From NCBI GenBank assembly GCA_003670455.1, contig QWRK01000003.1, positions 1 through 34,833 of the forward strand: a stretch of DNA of 34,833 bases. Direction: 5' to 3'. Positions 17,383 to 25,996 of this stretch are shown in pieces; position 1 is the first letter of the stretch, and each line of letters starts with the position of its first letter. This DNA comes from Candidatus Aquidulcis sp. (GTDB taxonomy: Bacteria > Chloroflexota > Limnocylindria > Limnocylindrales > Limnocylindraceae). A program made the translations under genes and the position numbers. The notes beneath the pieces were generated by a model. It had not been told where the DNA came from, made no database searches, and saw only the letters and a program-made list of their open reading frames with translations.

Positions 17383-18618
17383 TCAGGTCACCGTCTGCTT
17401 CGAAGCAAACTCTGGGGCACGCCATGCGTCGGTTCGAAGGATCTCGGCGAACGTCGCTACCGCGCGATCAATGTCGGCAAAGCTCACATAGAGCGGCGAG
17501 AAGCCGAAGCGCAGGATGTTTGGCGTACGGAAATCTCCGATGACTCCGCGGCTGATCAGCGCCTGCATGATCGGATAGCCGCTCTCGTGCGCAAAGGAGG
17601 CCTGTCCGCCGCGTAGCTGGCCCTCCCGTGGTGAGATGAGGGTGAGGCCATAGCCCTTGCACTCCGCCTCAACTCGCTCAATAAAGCGAGAGGTTTGAGC
17701 CATCGACTTGCGGCGAATCTCGGACATTGAGACCCCCTCCCACATCTTCAGAGACTCATCGAGTGCCGCCAGACTGAGCACCTGCTGCGTGCCCGTGATG
17801 AAGCGCCGAATGCCAGGAGCCGGCTCATAGTCGGGCACGAATGCGAACGGGCTCTTATGGCCAAGCCAGCCCTCGAGTGGCTGCCGTACCTGCTCAATCA
17901 GCGCCGGTGCAACCCAGGTGTACGAGGGTGCGCCTGGCCCACCATTGAGATACTTGTATCCGCAGCCGATCGCAAAGTCGGCGCCGTCGCGAGCGATATC
18001 AAGCTCAAGGACTCCAGTGGAGTGCGAGAGATCCCACACCGTCAGCGCACCAGCAGCGTGGGCCGTGGCACTCAGTTCGCGCATGTCACGGATCCGTCCG
18101 GTTCGATAATCCACGTGCGTCAACATCAAGACCCCTGCCCCATCAAGCACCGTCTCCGGGCTGACTGACTCGTTCCAGAAGCGCACCTCCACATTGGGGA
18201 GTAGTTGGCGTAGGCCCTCCAAGATGTACAAATCGGTTGGGAAGTTCTCGCGCTCAGTGACAACAACCTGCCGGTCGCCGCGTAGGCGCAACGCGGCGGC
18301 CAGCACGCGGAAGAGCGAGACGGACGTAGATTCACCAACTACCACCTCTCCCTTGCCGACACCGAGAAGTGGGGCGATCCGATCGCCAACGCTAAGTGGC
18401 AGGTTGTACCAATCAGACTCGTTCCAACTGCGGATGAGCCGCTCGCCCCACTGCCGGTCAATCACGTTGGCGACGCGCTCATGCACACCGATAGGCAGCG
18501 CCCCCAGAGAATTCCCATCGAGGTAGACGACTTCTGCCGGCAGGTTGAACCGCTCTCGCAGCGCAGCGAGAGGGTCCTGCGCGTCGAGCTCTGCTGCTGA
18601 AGGGGTGGGCTGCGTCAT
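17383..18618 (-). CDS. kynU: Kynureninase
   Basis: 'YLDGNSLGALP', 'WDLSHSTG', PLP lysine in 'GCGYKYLNGGPG' and 'GDFRTP..LRFG'. Confidence 0.96.
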   Translation of the reverse strand: MTQPTPSAAELDAQDPLAALRERFNLPAEVVYLDGNSLGALPIGVHERVANVIDRQWGERLIRSWNESDWYNLPLSVGDRIAPLLGVGKGEVVVGESTSVSLFRVLAAALRLRGDRQVVVTERENFPTDLYILEGLRQLLPNVEVRFWNESVSPETVLDGAGVLMLTHVDYRTGRIRDMRELSATAHAAGALTVWDLSHSTGVLELDIARDGADFAIGCGYKYLNGGPGAPSYTWVAPALIEQVRQPLEGWLGHKSPFAFVPDYEPAPGIRRFITGTQQVLSLAALDESLKMWEGVSMSEIRRKSMAQTSRFIERVEAECKGYGLTLISPREGQLRGGQASFAHESGYPIMQALISRGVIGDFRTPNILRFGFSPLYVSFADIDRAVATFAEILRTDAWRAPEFASKQTVT

Positions 18619-18630
18619 GCGTCTATCGTC

Positions 18631-19497
18631 TCACGTACCTGAGAGCTGCAACAACGCACGCGCATCTCGTAGTAGGGAGCCTCCCGGCGTATCAAGCTCT
18701 TCAAGCACATCGAAGTGATCGCGGCCAGGAACAGTCGCAAGCGAAACGGTGGCGTGGCTCGCCCACTTCTCGCGGAGGAGTTCTGACTGCCGGTGGAACT
18801 CCGATGGCTCATGTTCGCCGATCCGCAGAAGCACCGGAATGCTGCGATGTGGCACGTAATTGACAGGTGAGAGTCGCTTCGCCTCATCGGCACTCATGCC
18901 CACCAGGTTGTTGACGTAGCTCTCGGCGATTGGCTCAAGGTCAAATGCACCACCAATGAGCAGCAGCCCTGAAATCGCACTCCGTACCTTGGGCGGCGCC
19001 AGTTCGGTGACCAGCGTCGCGGCAAGATGCGCCCCCGCAGAGTGCCCGCCCACAACGATCCTGCTCGCGTCGCAACCGAGCTTCGTGGCGTGTTCAATTA
19101 AATGGGTCACCGCAGACGATGCTTCCGCGACAATCTCTGAGAGGGTGGCGGCTGGCGCTAGGGAATATCCAACGGCAACATGAGTTGCGCCGAGCGGGGC
19201 GAGCGTCGCTGCGTAGCGACCGCCATCATCAATCGAGCCCTCCTGCCACCACCCACCGTGAAACATCAGCAGCGCGGGGTGGGCTCCTTCACGATCCGCA
19301 AAGATCTCGAGGCGGTTGGCCTCACGCGGCCCGTAGGAGACGCGGTGATAGATGCCACTCGCCTGTGCGGTGCTCCGTGCAAGCGTGGTGCGCTCACGAC
19401 CGGCTGACATGGAACCAGCGGCGTCTCGCGCGGTGCGGCTTGGGGAGTACTCCGCATCGAGCCAGGCTCGCCGCTGGGGATCAGGGAACGAACTCAA
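18631..19497 (-). CDS. Alpha/beta-hydrolase, probable kynurenine formamidase (AFMID-like)
   Basis: 'FHGGWWQ', nucleophile 'GHSAGAHL' and 'DHF'. Directly upstream of kynU. TTG start is less certain. Confidence 0.8.
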   Translation of the reverse strand: MSSFPDPQRRAWLDAEYSPSRTARDAAGSMSAGRERTTLARSTAQASGIYHRVSYGPREANRLEIFADREGAHPALLMFHGGWWQEGSIDDGGRYAATLAPLGATHVAVGYSLAPAATLSEIVAEASSAVTHLIEHATKLGCDASRIVVGGHSAGAHLAATLVTELAPPKVRSAISGLLLIGGAFDLEPIAESYVNNLVGMSADEAKRLSPVNYVPHRSIPVLLRIGEHEPSEFHRQSELLREKWASHATVSLATVPGRDHFDVLEELDTPGGSLLRDARALLQLSGT

Positions 19498-19593
19498 TCG
19501 GCCTCGGCGGCAACGAATTGGATAAGGGCCTCAGCTTCAATGATTTCACTGATTGCGAGACCTGACACGGCGCGCCGTCCCTAACCAGCTGAC

Positions 19594-20199
19594 TTAGATG
19601 AAGTACAGCAGCGCGAAGAGCAGAATCCAGACCACGTCAACAAAGTGCCAATAGATCGACGATGCCTCAACCATGTCGTGGTGCTCTGCCGAGAACTGGC
19701 CGAGGCTACCGCGGTAGAGGCAGACCGCCAACATCAGCACGCCGCCAAGCACGTGTGCGCCGTGGAATCCGGTGAGCACATAGAAGGTGCTGCCGAAGAC
19801 GCCATCAGAGATGCCGAAGCCGATCTGTGTGTAGTCGTACACCTGGCCGATAAGGAAGATCACGCCGAGAAGTACGGTCATTGCCAACGCGCGATTCATT
19901 CCCTGTCGGTCGCCTTTGCGAATGCGCCACACCGCAAACTGGCAGGTAACGGAACTCAGCACGAGCAGGGCCGTCATGATTCCTGGGAAGAGCGCCTCGC
20001 TGTGCAGTTCAAAGGCGGGGTTTCCTTCAGGTGGCCAGACCCCTGTTGCCGTTCGCAAACTGAAATATGCAGCGAAGAGTCCGGCAAAGAACATGATCTC
20101 CGAGACGATGAAGAGAAGCATCCCGAGTACTGGGTTGCCGAGCCCCTTCTTGCCGTGTGCGGCGCCGTGGCCGCTCGTTGCTACTGCGCCGTCGCTCAT
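19594..20199 (-). CDS. ctaE: Heme-copper oxidase subunit III (short form)
   Basis: 'LFIVSEIMFFAGLF', 'TGFHGAHV' and 'YWHFVDVVW'. ATGA overlap with subunit I. Confidence 0.95.
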   Translation of the reverse strand: MSDGAVATSGHGAAHGKKGLGNPVLGMLLFIVSEIMFFAGLFAAYFSLRTATGVWPPEGNPAFELHSEALFPGIMTALLVLSSVTCQFAVWRIRKGDRQGMNRALAMTVLLGVIFLIGQVYDYTQIGFGISDGVFGSTFYVLTGFHGAHVLGGVLMLAVCLYRGSLGQFSAEHHDMVEASSIYWHFVDVVWILLFALLYFI

Positions 20200-21821
20200 C
20201 CGTGATCCTTCTCGGAGCGAGCATGTCGAGCATCAAAGAGTGGGCGCTCTGAGGTGATTGGCGGCAGCTTGTCGAAGTTCCACGCCGGTGGCGGGGATGA
20301 GGTTGCCCACTCCAGGGTATTCGCCTCCCACGGATCGTCGCCCGCAAGCTTCCCGTTGCGCAGGCTGATGTACACGTTCCAGAAGAGTGGCAGCAACGAG
20401 ATGCCGACCAAGATGCCACCGATCGTGGCGGCGAGGTTGAGGTCGTTCCAGCCAGCCGTTGGGGAGTAGTCGGCGATGCGACGTGGCATGCCGGCAAGGC
20501 CGAGCGCATGCATTGGAAGGAAGGTCAGGTTCAGGCCAACCATCATGAGCACGAAGTGCACGCGCCCGAGACCCTCATCGAGCATGCGCCCCGACATCTT
20601 CGGGAAGTAGAAGTAGAACCCAGCCATGATCGCAACGAATGAGCCGCCGAAGAGCACATAGTGAATGTGCGCAACGATCCAATAGGTGGCGTGGATGGCG
20701 TAGTCGACCGGGACCGAAGCGCTGAAGACGCCATTGATGCCGCCGATCAGGAACATGCTGAGGAAGCCCAGCGCGAAGAGCATTGGCGTGGTGAAGCTGA
20801 TCTGACCGCGCCACATGGTCGCGATCCAGTTGAACATCTTCACCCCAGTTGGCACGGCGATCAGGAAGGTCATCACTGAGAAGAAGGGCAGGAAGACGCT
20901 CCCCGTCGTGAACATGTGGTGCGCCCAAACGCTGAATCCGAGTGCGCCGATACCGGCGGTGGCGAAGACGAACGCCTTGTAGCCGAAGAGCGGCTTGCGA
21001 CTAAAGACTGGGATGATCTCGGAGATCACACCCATCCCCGGCAGCACCATGATGTACACCGCTGGATGCGAGTAGAACCAGAAGATGTTCTGCCAGAGAA
21101 TCGCCGAGCCACCGAGCGTCGGATCGAAGAATGCCCCGCCGAAGTTTCGGTCGATGAAGAGCATCACCAGGGCGCTGGTCAGTACCGGTGTGCCCATGAG
21201 TACGAGCACGCTCGTCACAAGAACGGTCCAGACAAGGATTGGCATGCGGAAGAGAGTCATACCTGGTGCGCGCATGCGGAAGACCGTGACCATGAAGTTG
21301 ACGGCGCCAAGGATGGAGCTGGTGCCGACGAGGATGACGGCGACGATCCAGAGATTCATTCCCGGCCCTGGGCTGTATTTGATGTTGCTCACTGGTGGAT
21401 ACGCGGTCCAGCCGGCGTCTGCGGCGCCGCCGAGGAGGAATCCTGAAGCCGCAACGAGCCCAGAGAACGGAACCATCCAGAAGCTGAGCGCATTGATGCG
21501 CGGGAAGGCCATGTCTGGCGCGCCAATCATGAGCGGCACCACGTAGTTGCCGATCGCCGCAAGGAACGGAATGATCACCCAGAAGATCATGATCGAGGCG
21601 TGCATCGTGAAGAGCTGGTTGTACGAAGACTCGTCGAGGAACTGCAGCCCTGGCATCGCGAGCTCAGCGCGAACGCCGAGCGCCAAGAGGCCACCGATCG
21701 CCAAGAAGATGAAGGACGAGATCGTATAGAGGATGCCGATCTTCTTATGGTCAGTTGTCGTTAGGTAGTCATAGAGTGCCGACGGAGCCGACTTCTGTGC
21801 CACTGCTGAGTTCGTTGCCAT
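20196..21821 (-). CDS. ctaD: Heme-copper oxidase subunit I, A2 type
   Basis: 'DHKKIG', 'TMHA', D-channel 'PDMAFPRIN', 'YSHPAVY', 'WAHHMF', K-channel 'PTGVK', 'AHIHY' and 'GMPRR'. Confidence 0.97.
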   Translation of the reverse strand: MATNSAVAQKSAPSALYDYLTTTDHKKIGILYTISSFIFLAIGGLLALGVRAELAMPGLQFLDESSYNQLFTMHASIMIFWVIIPFLAAIGNYVVPLMIGAPDMAFPRINALSFWMVPFSGLVAASGFLLGGAADAGWTAYPPVSNIKYSPGPGMNLWIVAVILVGTSSILGAVNFMVTVFRMRAPGMTLFRMPILVWTVLVTSVLVLMGTPVLTSALVMLFIDRNFGGAFFDPTLGGSAILWQNIFWFYSHPAVYIMVLPGMGVISEIIPVFSRKPLFGYKAFVFATAGIGALGFSVWAHHMFTTGSVFLPFFSVMTFLIAVPTGVKMFNWIATMWRGQISFTTPMLFALGFLSMFLIGGINGVFSASVPVDYAIHATYWIVAHIHYVLFGGSFVAIMAGFYFYFPKMSGRMLDEGLGRVHFVLMMVGLNLTFLPMHALGLAGMPRRIADYSPTAGWNDLNLAATIGGILVGISLLPLFWNVYISLRNGKLAGDDPWEANTLEWATSSPPPAWNFDKLPPITSERPLFDARHARSEKDHG

Positions 21822-21833
21822 CTTCTCTCCCCC

Positions 21834-22919
21834 TTACGGCTGCGCTACGACGACGAGATCTGCGTACATGCCCTGTGCGTAATGACCTGCGATGTTGCAC
21901 ATCACGACATAGTTGCCTGGCTCAAGGGTAACGGTGACCATGCCTGGAGTACCTGGCTGCCACTCAGCCTGCTCGTCAATCACGTCGAGTGTCGCCTCGT
22001 CGAGGCGGCTCGTCGCCGAGTCCACAAGGTCAACCAGTTGCTTCCCTGTCTTGTCGCTGCGGACTACGAGGAACTCGTGCGCGATGCTTCCAGCGTTCGT
22101 CAGGTTGAATTCGATAGAGCCTGCGACATGCTTGGCGGCGGAAATCGTGATCCCCCACTCCTTCACCGTTCCCGTCATTGGGCCGGTGGCGGCTGCCTCC
22201 TCCTTCGGGCGGGTCGCCTCAATCCATGCGTCGTACTCTTCGCGAGTTACCACGCGCACCGTGAAGCCCATCTGGTGGTGCAACAGTCCACAGAATGCCG
22301 AGCACTGGCCGGTAAAGGTGCCGAGCTTGTTCGGCGTGAACTCGAAGTAGTTGGTCTTGCCCGGCACCATGTCGCGCTGGAAGAGGAACTGCGGAATGTA
22401 GAAGCCGTGGTTCACATCTTGGGCGACCAGGGTGATTTCGATGCGCTCATTGATCGGCACGACCATCTCTGGGTAGGCCGTAGCGGCACCGAAGATCTCG
22501 ATCTTCTCGGCTGGATAGGCGAACTTCCACTGCCACTGGTAGCCGACCACCTCGATCTTGACCCCAACGTTCTCCGGCTCTCGGGCATCAACAATGTTGA
22601 GCACGCGAGCCGAGGCGAAGAAGAGGGCGATGACGACAATGAGGGGGATCACCGTCCAGATGATTTCTAGGATGAGATTGCCGTGGGTCTGAACTGGGAG
22701 GGTGGAGTCACTTGGCTTGCGGCGGTAGCGGATGACCGACCAGATAATGAGACCCTGGACCAGCAAGAACACGACGGCGGCGACGGCGAAGACGAGGTCG
22801 TAAAGAGCCCGAACCTCCAGCGCCTGCTCGGTAACCGCAGGCAGGGGGAAGGCGGACTCGCAGCCACCCGCAATGAGGGCAACGGCGCCCAGCCCCAGCA
22901 GCAGAGAGAGTTTCTTCAT
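21834..22919 (-). CDS. ctaC: Heme-copper oxidase subunit II (CuA) with C-terminal type-1 blue-copper domain
   Basis: Lipobox-like 'IAGGC', 'LEIIWT', 'GYQWQWKFAY', CuA 'VNHGF...CSAFCGLLHHQM'. Extra domain 'N.GSIAHEF...CNIAGHYAQGM'. Start 22919 follows TATCAT-7 nt. Confidence 0.93.
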   Translation of the reverse strand: MKKLSLLLGLGAVALIAGGCESAFPLPAVTEQALEVRALYDLVFAVAAVVFLLVQGLIIWSVIRYRRKPSDSTLPVQTHGNLILEIIWTVIPLIVVIALFFASARVLNIVDAREPENVGVKIEVVGYQWQWKFAYPAEKIEIFGAATAYPEMVVPINERIEITLVAQDVNHGFYIPQFLFQRDMVPGKTNYFEFTPNKLGTFTGQCSAFCGLLHHQMGFTVRVVTREEYDAWIEATRPKEEAAATGPMTGTVKEWGITISAAKHVAGSIEFNLTNAGSIAHEFLVVRSDKTGKQLVDLVDSATSRLDEATLDVIDEQAEWQPGTPGMVTVTLEPGNYVVMCNIAGHYAQGMYADLVVVAQP

Positions 22920-22992
22920 GGTTGAGATGATACGCGCCCTCGGCGGGAGGCGCTCCGCCGCTATCCCGAGTGCGCCGGTCGGATTCCTGAGG

Positions 22993-24285
22993 TCAGCGCT
23001 CCGTGTGGGCAGGCTGGGCGTGCACCCGTGCGATGCCAGAGGTGAGGAGCGGGAGGGGCCCGAGAATGATCCCAGCGGCGCCAACGAACAGGGTGGCGCG
23101 GAGCCCAAAGTTCTCTGCGATCACTGAGCCAATGAGGGCTCCCAGGGGAAGGCCGAGCAGCATGACGGTCTTCATGGAGGCGTTCATGCGCCCGAGCAGT
23201 CGAGCTGGCGTAATGAGCTGTCGATACGTCACCTGATTCACGTGGAAGAGCCCCGCTCCGAAGAAGGCGATGAACTGCGTAAGGATGGCGAGTGCGGCAA
23301 TCAGCGGCACACCCATGGAGCGATCGAGCAGGGCAAATCCGAGCGGCATCACCGGCAAGATGAATCCGCCAAGAATGAGCGTACGTCCCATGCCGAGCCA
23401 CTTGACCACCTTGGCGTTGATGATCGTGCCCACAACGATGCCGACCGTCCCTGCGCCAATGACAAACCCGATTAGTTCAGTCGGTAGCGCGAGCTCACGT
23501 CGCGCGTAGGCGATGAGCAGCGGCCCACTCGCCAGTCCACCAAAGAAGTTGAAGATGAGGGCGGCGAGCGCATTGCCGCGAAGGTGCGGATGTTGCACGA
23601 CCCACGCGAGCCCTTCGCGCATCTCTCTCCAGAGACTTCGCTCCTCCACCTCCTGTTCGGTAAAGGTGGGAACTTCTTCAACATGGCGCACGCGTTGCAC
23701 CATCAGTGCCGAGACAAGGAAGCTGAACGCATCCACAACTAGGGCGATCGGGCCACTAAGGCGCGCCACGGCGATGCCCGCAAGCGCCGGGCCCGCAACA
23801 CCGGTTGCCGACTCCATTGCCATGAGGCGTCCGTTCGCGACGCCGAGCTGCGGTCCACGCAACAGTGCTGGGAGGTACGACTGATGTGCCACGTCGTACA
23901 GGAGAGTGCATGCACCAACAAGGAAGAGCACCGCAAGGAGGAGCGGCATGCTCAACGCGCCAAAGGCGAACGCGATCGGCACGACTAAGAGGAGTCCCGT
24001 TCGTGCAAAGTCTGTCGCAATCAACACGGGGCGACGGGTGCGCCGATCAAGCAGGGCTCCAGCCGGAAGGCCGAGTAGAACAAATGGAAGCAAGAAGGCG
24101 AGTTCTAGCAGCGCGATTGATCCGTTACTTGCTTGAATGACGTCAATGGCGATCAGGGGGAAGGCGATGTGTGAAACCTGCGAGCCGAGTGAGCTGATCC
24201 CCTGCGCGCCGAAGAGGAGGCGTACGTCGGCGTTCTGGAACGGATCGTCGACGGCGAGGCGAAGGCGCGCAAAGGGGTTTCTCAT
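22993..24285 (-). CDS. MFS transporter (DHA3/EntS-like)
   Basis: 'GALLDRRTRR', 'QSYLPALL' and 'RQLITPARLLGRMNA'. Start moved to ATG 24285 (TATCAT-6 nt); the longer ORF overlaps pirin. Confidence 0.87.
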   Translation of the reverse strand: MRNPFARLRLAVDDPFQNADVRLLFGAQGISSLGSQVSHIAFPLIAIDVIQASNGSIALLELAFLLPFVLLGLPAGALLDRRTRRPVLIATDFARTGLLLVVPIAFAFGALSMPLLLAVLFLVGACTLLYDVAHQSYLPALLRGPQLGVANGRLMAMESATGVAGPALAGIAVARLSGPIALVVDAFSFLVSALMVQRVRHVEEVPTFTEQEVEERSLWREMREGLAWVVQHPHLRGNALAALIFNFFGGLASGPLLIAYARRELALPTELIGFVIGAGTVGIVVGTIINAKVVKWLGMGRTLILGGFILPVMPLGFALLDRSMGVPLIAALAILTQFIAFFGAGLFHVNQVTYRQLITPARLLGRMNASMKTVMLLGLPLGALIGSVIAENFGLRATLFVGAAGIILGPLPLLTSGIARVHAQPAHTER

Positions 24286-24331
24286 TGGGCGATGATAGGC
24301 GGCACGCCGCCACCCCGCGTATGATCTGCGC
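24286..24331. promoter_or_regulatory. Back-to-back leaderless promoters
   Basis: Minus strand TATCAT (24297-24292) then 6 nt then ATG. Plus strand TATGAT (24320-24325) then 6 nt then ATG. Confidence 0.7.
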
Positions 24332-25336
24332 ATGCCAGCAGTGACCGTTCCAGACATTACGCTTCTTGCGCGCACACCTGTTGCCGACCTGCTCACCGCA
24401 CGGCCACGACCGGTGATCTCGCTGAGTACGGCACCGAGCGGCTTCGAGGGCGAAGGCTTCCCCGTGCGCCGCGCCTTCATGGGCGCGCCGCTGGCGGCGA
24501 TCGATCCGTTCATCATGCTCGACCAGATGGGCGAGGTGGAGTACGCCCCCGGTGAACCGAAGGGGACCCCGTGGCATCCGCATCGCGGTTTTGAGACGGT
24601 CACCTACATGCTCGACGGCATCCTTGATCACCGCGACAGCAATGGCGGTGGCGGGCGCATTAGTGATGGCGACACGCAGTGGATGACCGCCGGCGGCGGC
24701 ATCTTGCACATTGAGACACCACCAGAGTTCTTGGTCGCGAGCGGCGGACTCTTCCACGGATTCCAGCTCTGGGTGAATCTGCCACGCGCCAAGAAGTGGT
24801 CGCCGCCCGCCTATCAAGACATCCGTTCAAGCGAGGTGAAACTCCTCGCCTCGCCAGATGGCGGCACCCTCCTTCGTCTGATCGCCGGTGACGTTGGTGG
24901 CCACAGCGGACCAGGCTCCACGCAGACGCCGATCGCGCTGGTGCACGCCACGCTGCAGCCTGGCGCCGAACTCGACCTGCCGTGGCGCCCCGACTTCAAT
25001 GCACTCGTCTACGCCCTCTCAGGTCGCGGCACGGTTGGCGCCGAGCGCGTCGGTATTCAGGCAGGGCAGCTCGCCGTCTACGGCGCGGGTGATCGCATCG
25101 TCGTCAAGGCATCGGAGCATCAGGACCAGCGCACCCCAGCACTCGACGTGCTGATCCTTGGCGGTCTCCCTATTAAGGAGCCGGTCGCCTGGCTCGGGCC
25201 GTTCGTCATGAACACGCGCGACGAGGTGGTGCAGGCGTTTGAGGATTATCAGGCTGGAAAGCTCGGCGTGATCCCCGCCGCCCATAGCAATCCACACAAC
25301 ACCCCAACGAGCGTCGTGGAGTCGGGGAACGAGTAG
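24332..25336 (+). CDS. Pirin-family bicupin
   Basis: 'DPFIMLD', metal ligands in 'WHPHRGFETVTY' and 'GILHIE', 'QLWVNLP' and 'GPFVMN'. Confidence 0.95.
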   Translation: MPAVTVPDITLLARTPVADLLTARPRPVISLSTAPSGFEGEGFPVRRAFMGAPLAAIDPFIMLDQMGEVEYAPGEPKGTPWHPHRGFETVTYMLDGILDHRDSNGGGGRISDGDTQWMTAGGGILHIETPPEFLVASGGLFHGFQLWVNLPRAKKWSPPAYQDIRSSEVKLLASPDGGTLLRLIAGDVGGHSGPGSTQTPIALVHATLQPGAELDLPWRPDFNALVYALSGRGTVGAERVGIQAGQLAVYGAGDRIVVKASEHQDQRTPALDVLILGGLPIKEPVAWLGPFVMNTRDEVVQAFEDYQAGKLGVIPAAHSNPHNTPTSVVESGNE

Positions 25337-25338
25337 CG

Positions 25339-25986
25339 GTGGAGATCTTCCTCCTTGGCGCCGCACTCGCCTTCTCCATCAATATTGAACTCGGTGTCGT
25401 CAACGTCATGATTGTGCGTACCGCGATTGATCGCGGCGCATGGCCCGCCCTCCTGATCGGCCTCGGCTCCTGCATTGGCGATGTGATCTGGGCATGCGCC
25501 GGCGCGCTCGGTGTCAGCGCTCTGCTCCAGTGGCCACCGGCCGCATGGGTACTCTGGATCGGCGGGAGCGCGATCCTCTGCTGGTTCGCCGCTGCTGCAC
25601 TACGCGATGCGGTGCGCGGCGGCTCAATTGATGACTCATCGCCACTCCGTCGCGCCACCGGCCTGCGTGCCGTTGGGCTCGGACTCGGCGTTGCTCTCAG
25701 CTCCCCCACGCTGATCCTGTGGACCGCAACGGTTGGCGGTAGCGTCGTCGCCTCGCAAGCAACGAGCATTGCTGGATTCATTCCGTTTATCTCTGGATTC
25801 GCGACGGCGGCGGTGCTGCACTCCGTTGTGCTCGCCGGCGTGGTCGGCGCAACGCGACGCTTTACTGGACCGCGCACCATTCGCGCAGTATCGCTGGTCT
25901 CTGCACTGATGTTTGCCGCGTTCGCAATTGGAATCTTTGTTGACGGTGCAAACCGTCTTGCGTTGCCACTACTCGCGGGGAAATAG
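25339..25986 (+). CDS. LysE/RhtB-family exporter
   Basis: Hydrophobic 215 aa with 'LGVVN', 'GLGSCIGD' and 'LSSP..ILW' in LysE spacing. Starts 2 nt after pirin. Confidence 0.8.
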   Translation: MEIFLLGAALAFSINIELGVVNVMIVRTAIDRGAWPALLIGLGSCIGDVIWACAGALGVSALLQWPPAAWVLWIGGSAILCWFAAAALRDAVRGGSIDDSSPLRRATGLRAVGLGLGVALSSPTLILWTATVGGSVVASQATSIAGFIPFISGFATAAVLHSVVLAGVVGATRRFTGPRTIRAVSLVSALMFAAFAIGIFVDGANRLALPLLAGK

Positions 25987-25996
25987 TCCGAGCGCG

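Noticed and set aside
21882-22670. Long antisense and alternate-frame ORFs (e.g. 21882-22670, 24143-24817, 27698-28363, 31005-31658)
   Set aside because: These are shadow ORFs expected in high-GC coding DNA. They overlap well-supported genes and show no motifs or start signals.
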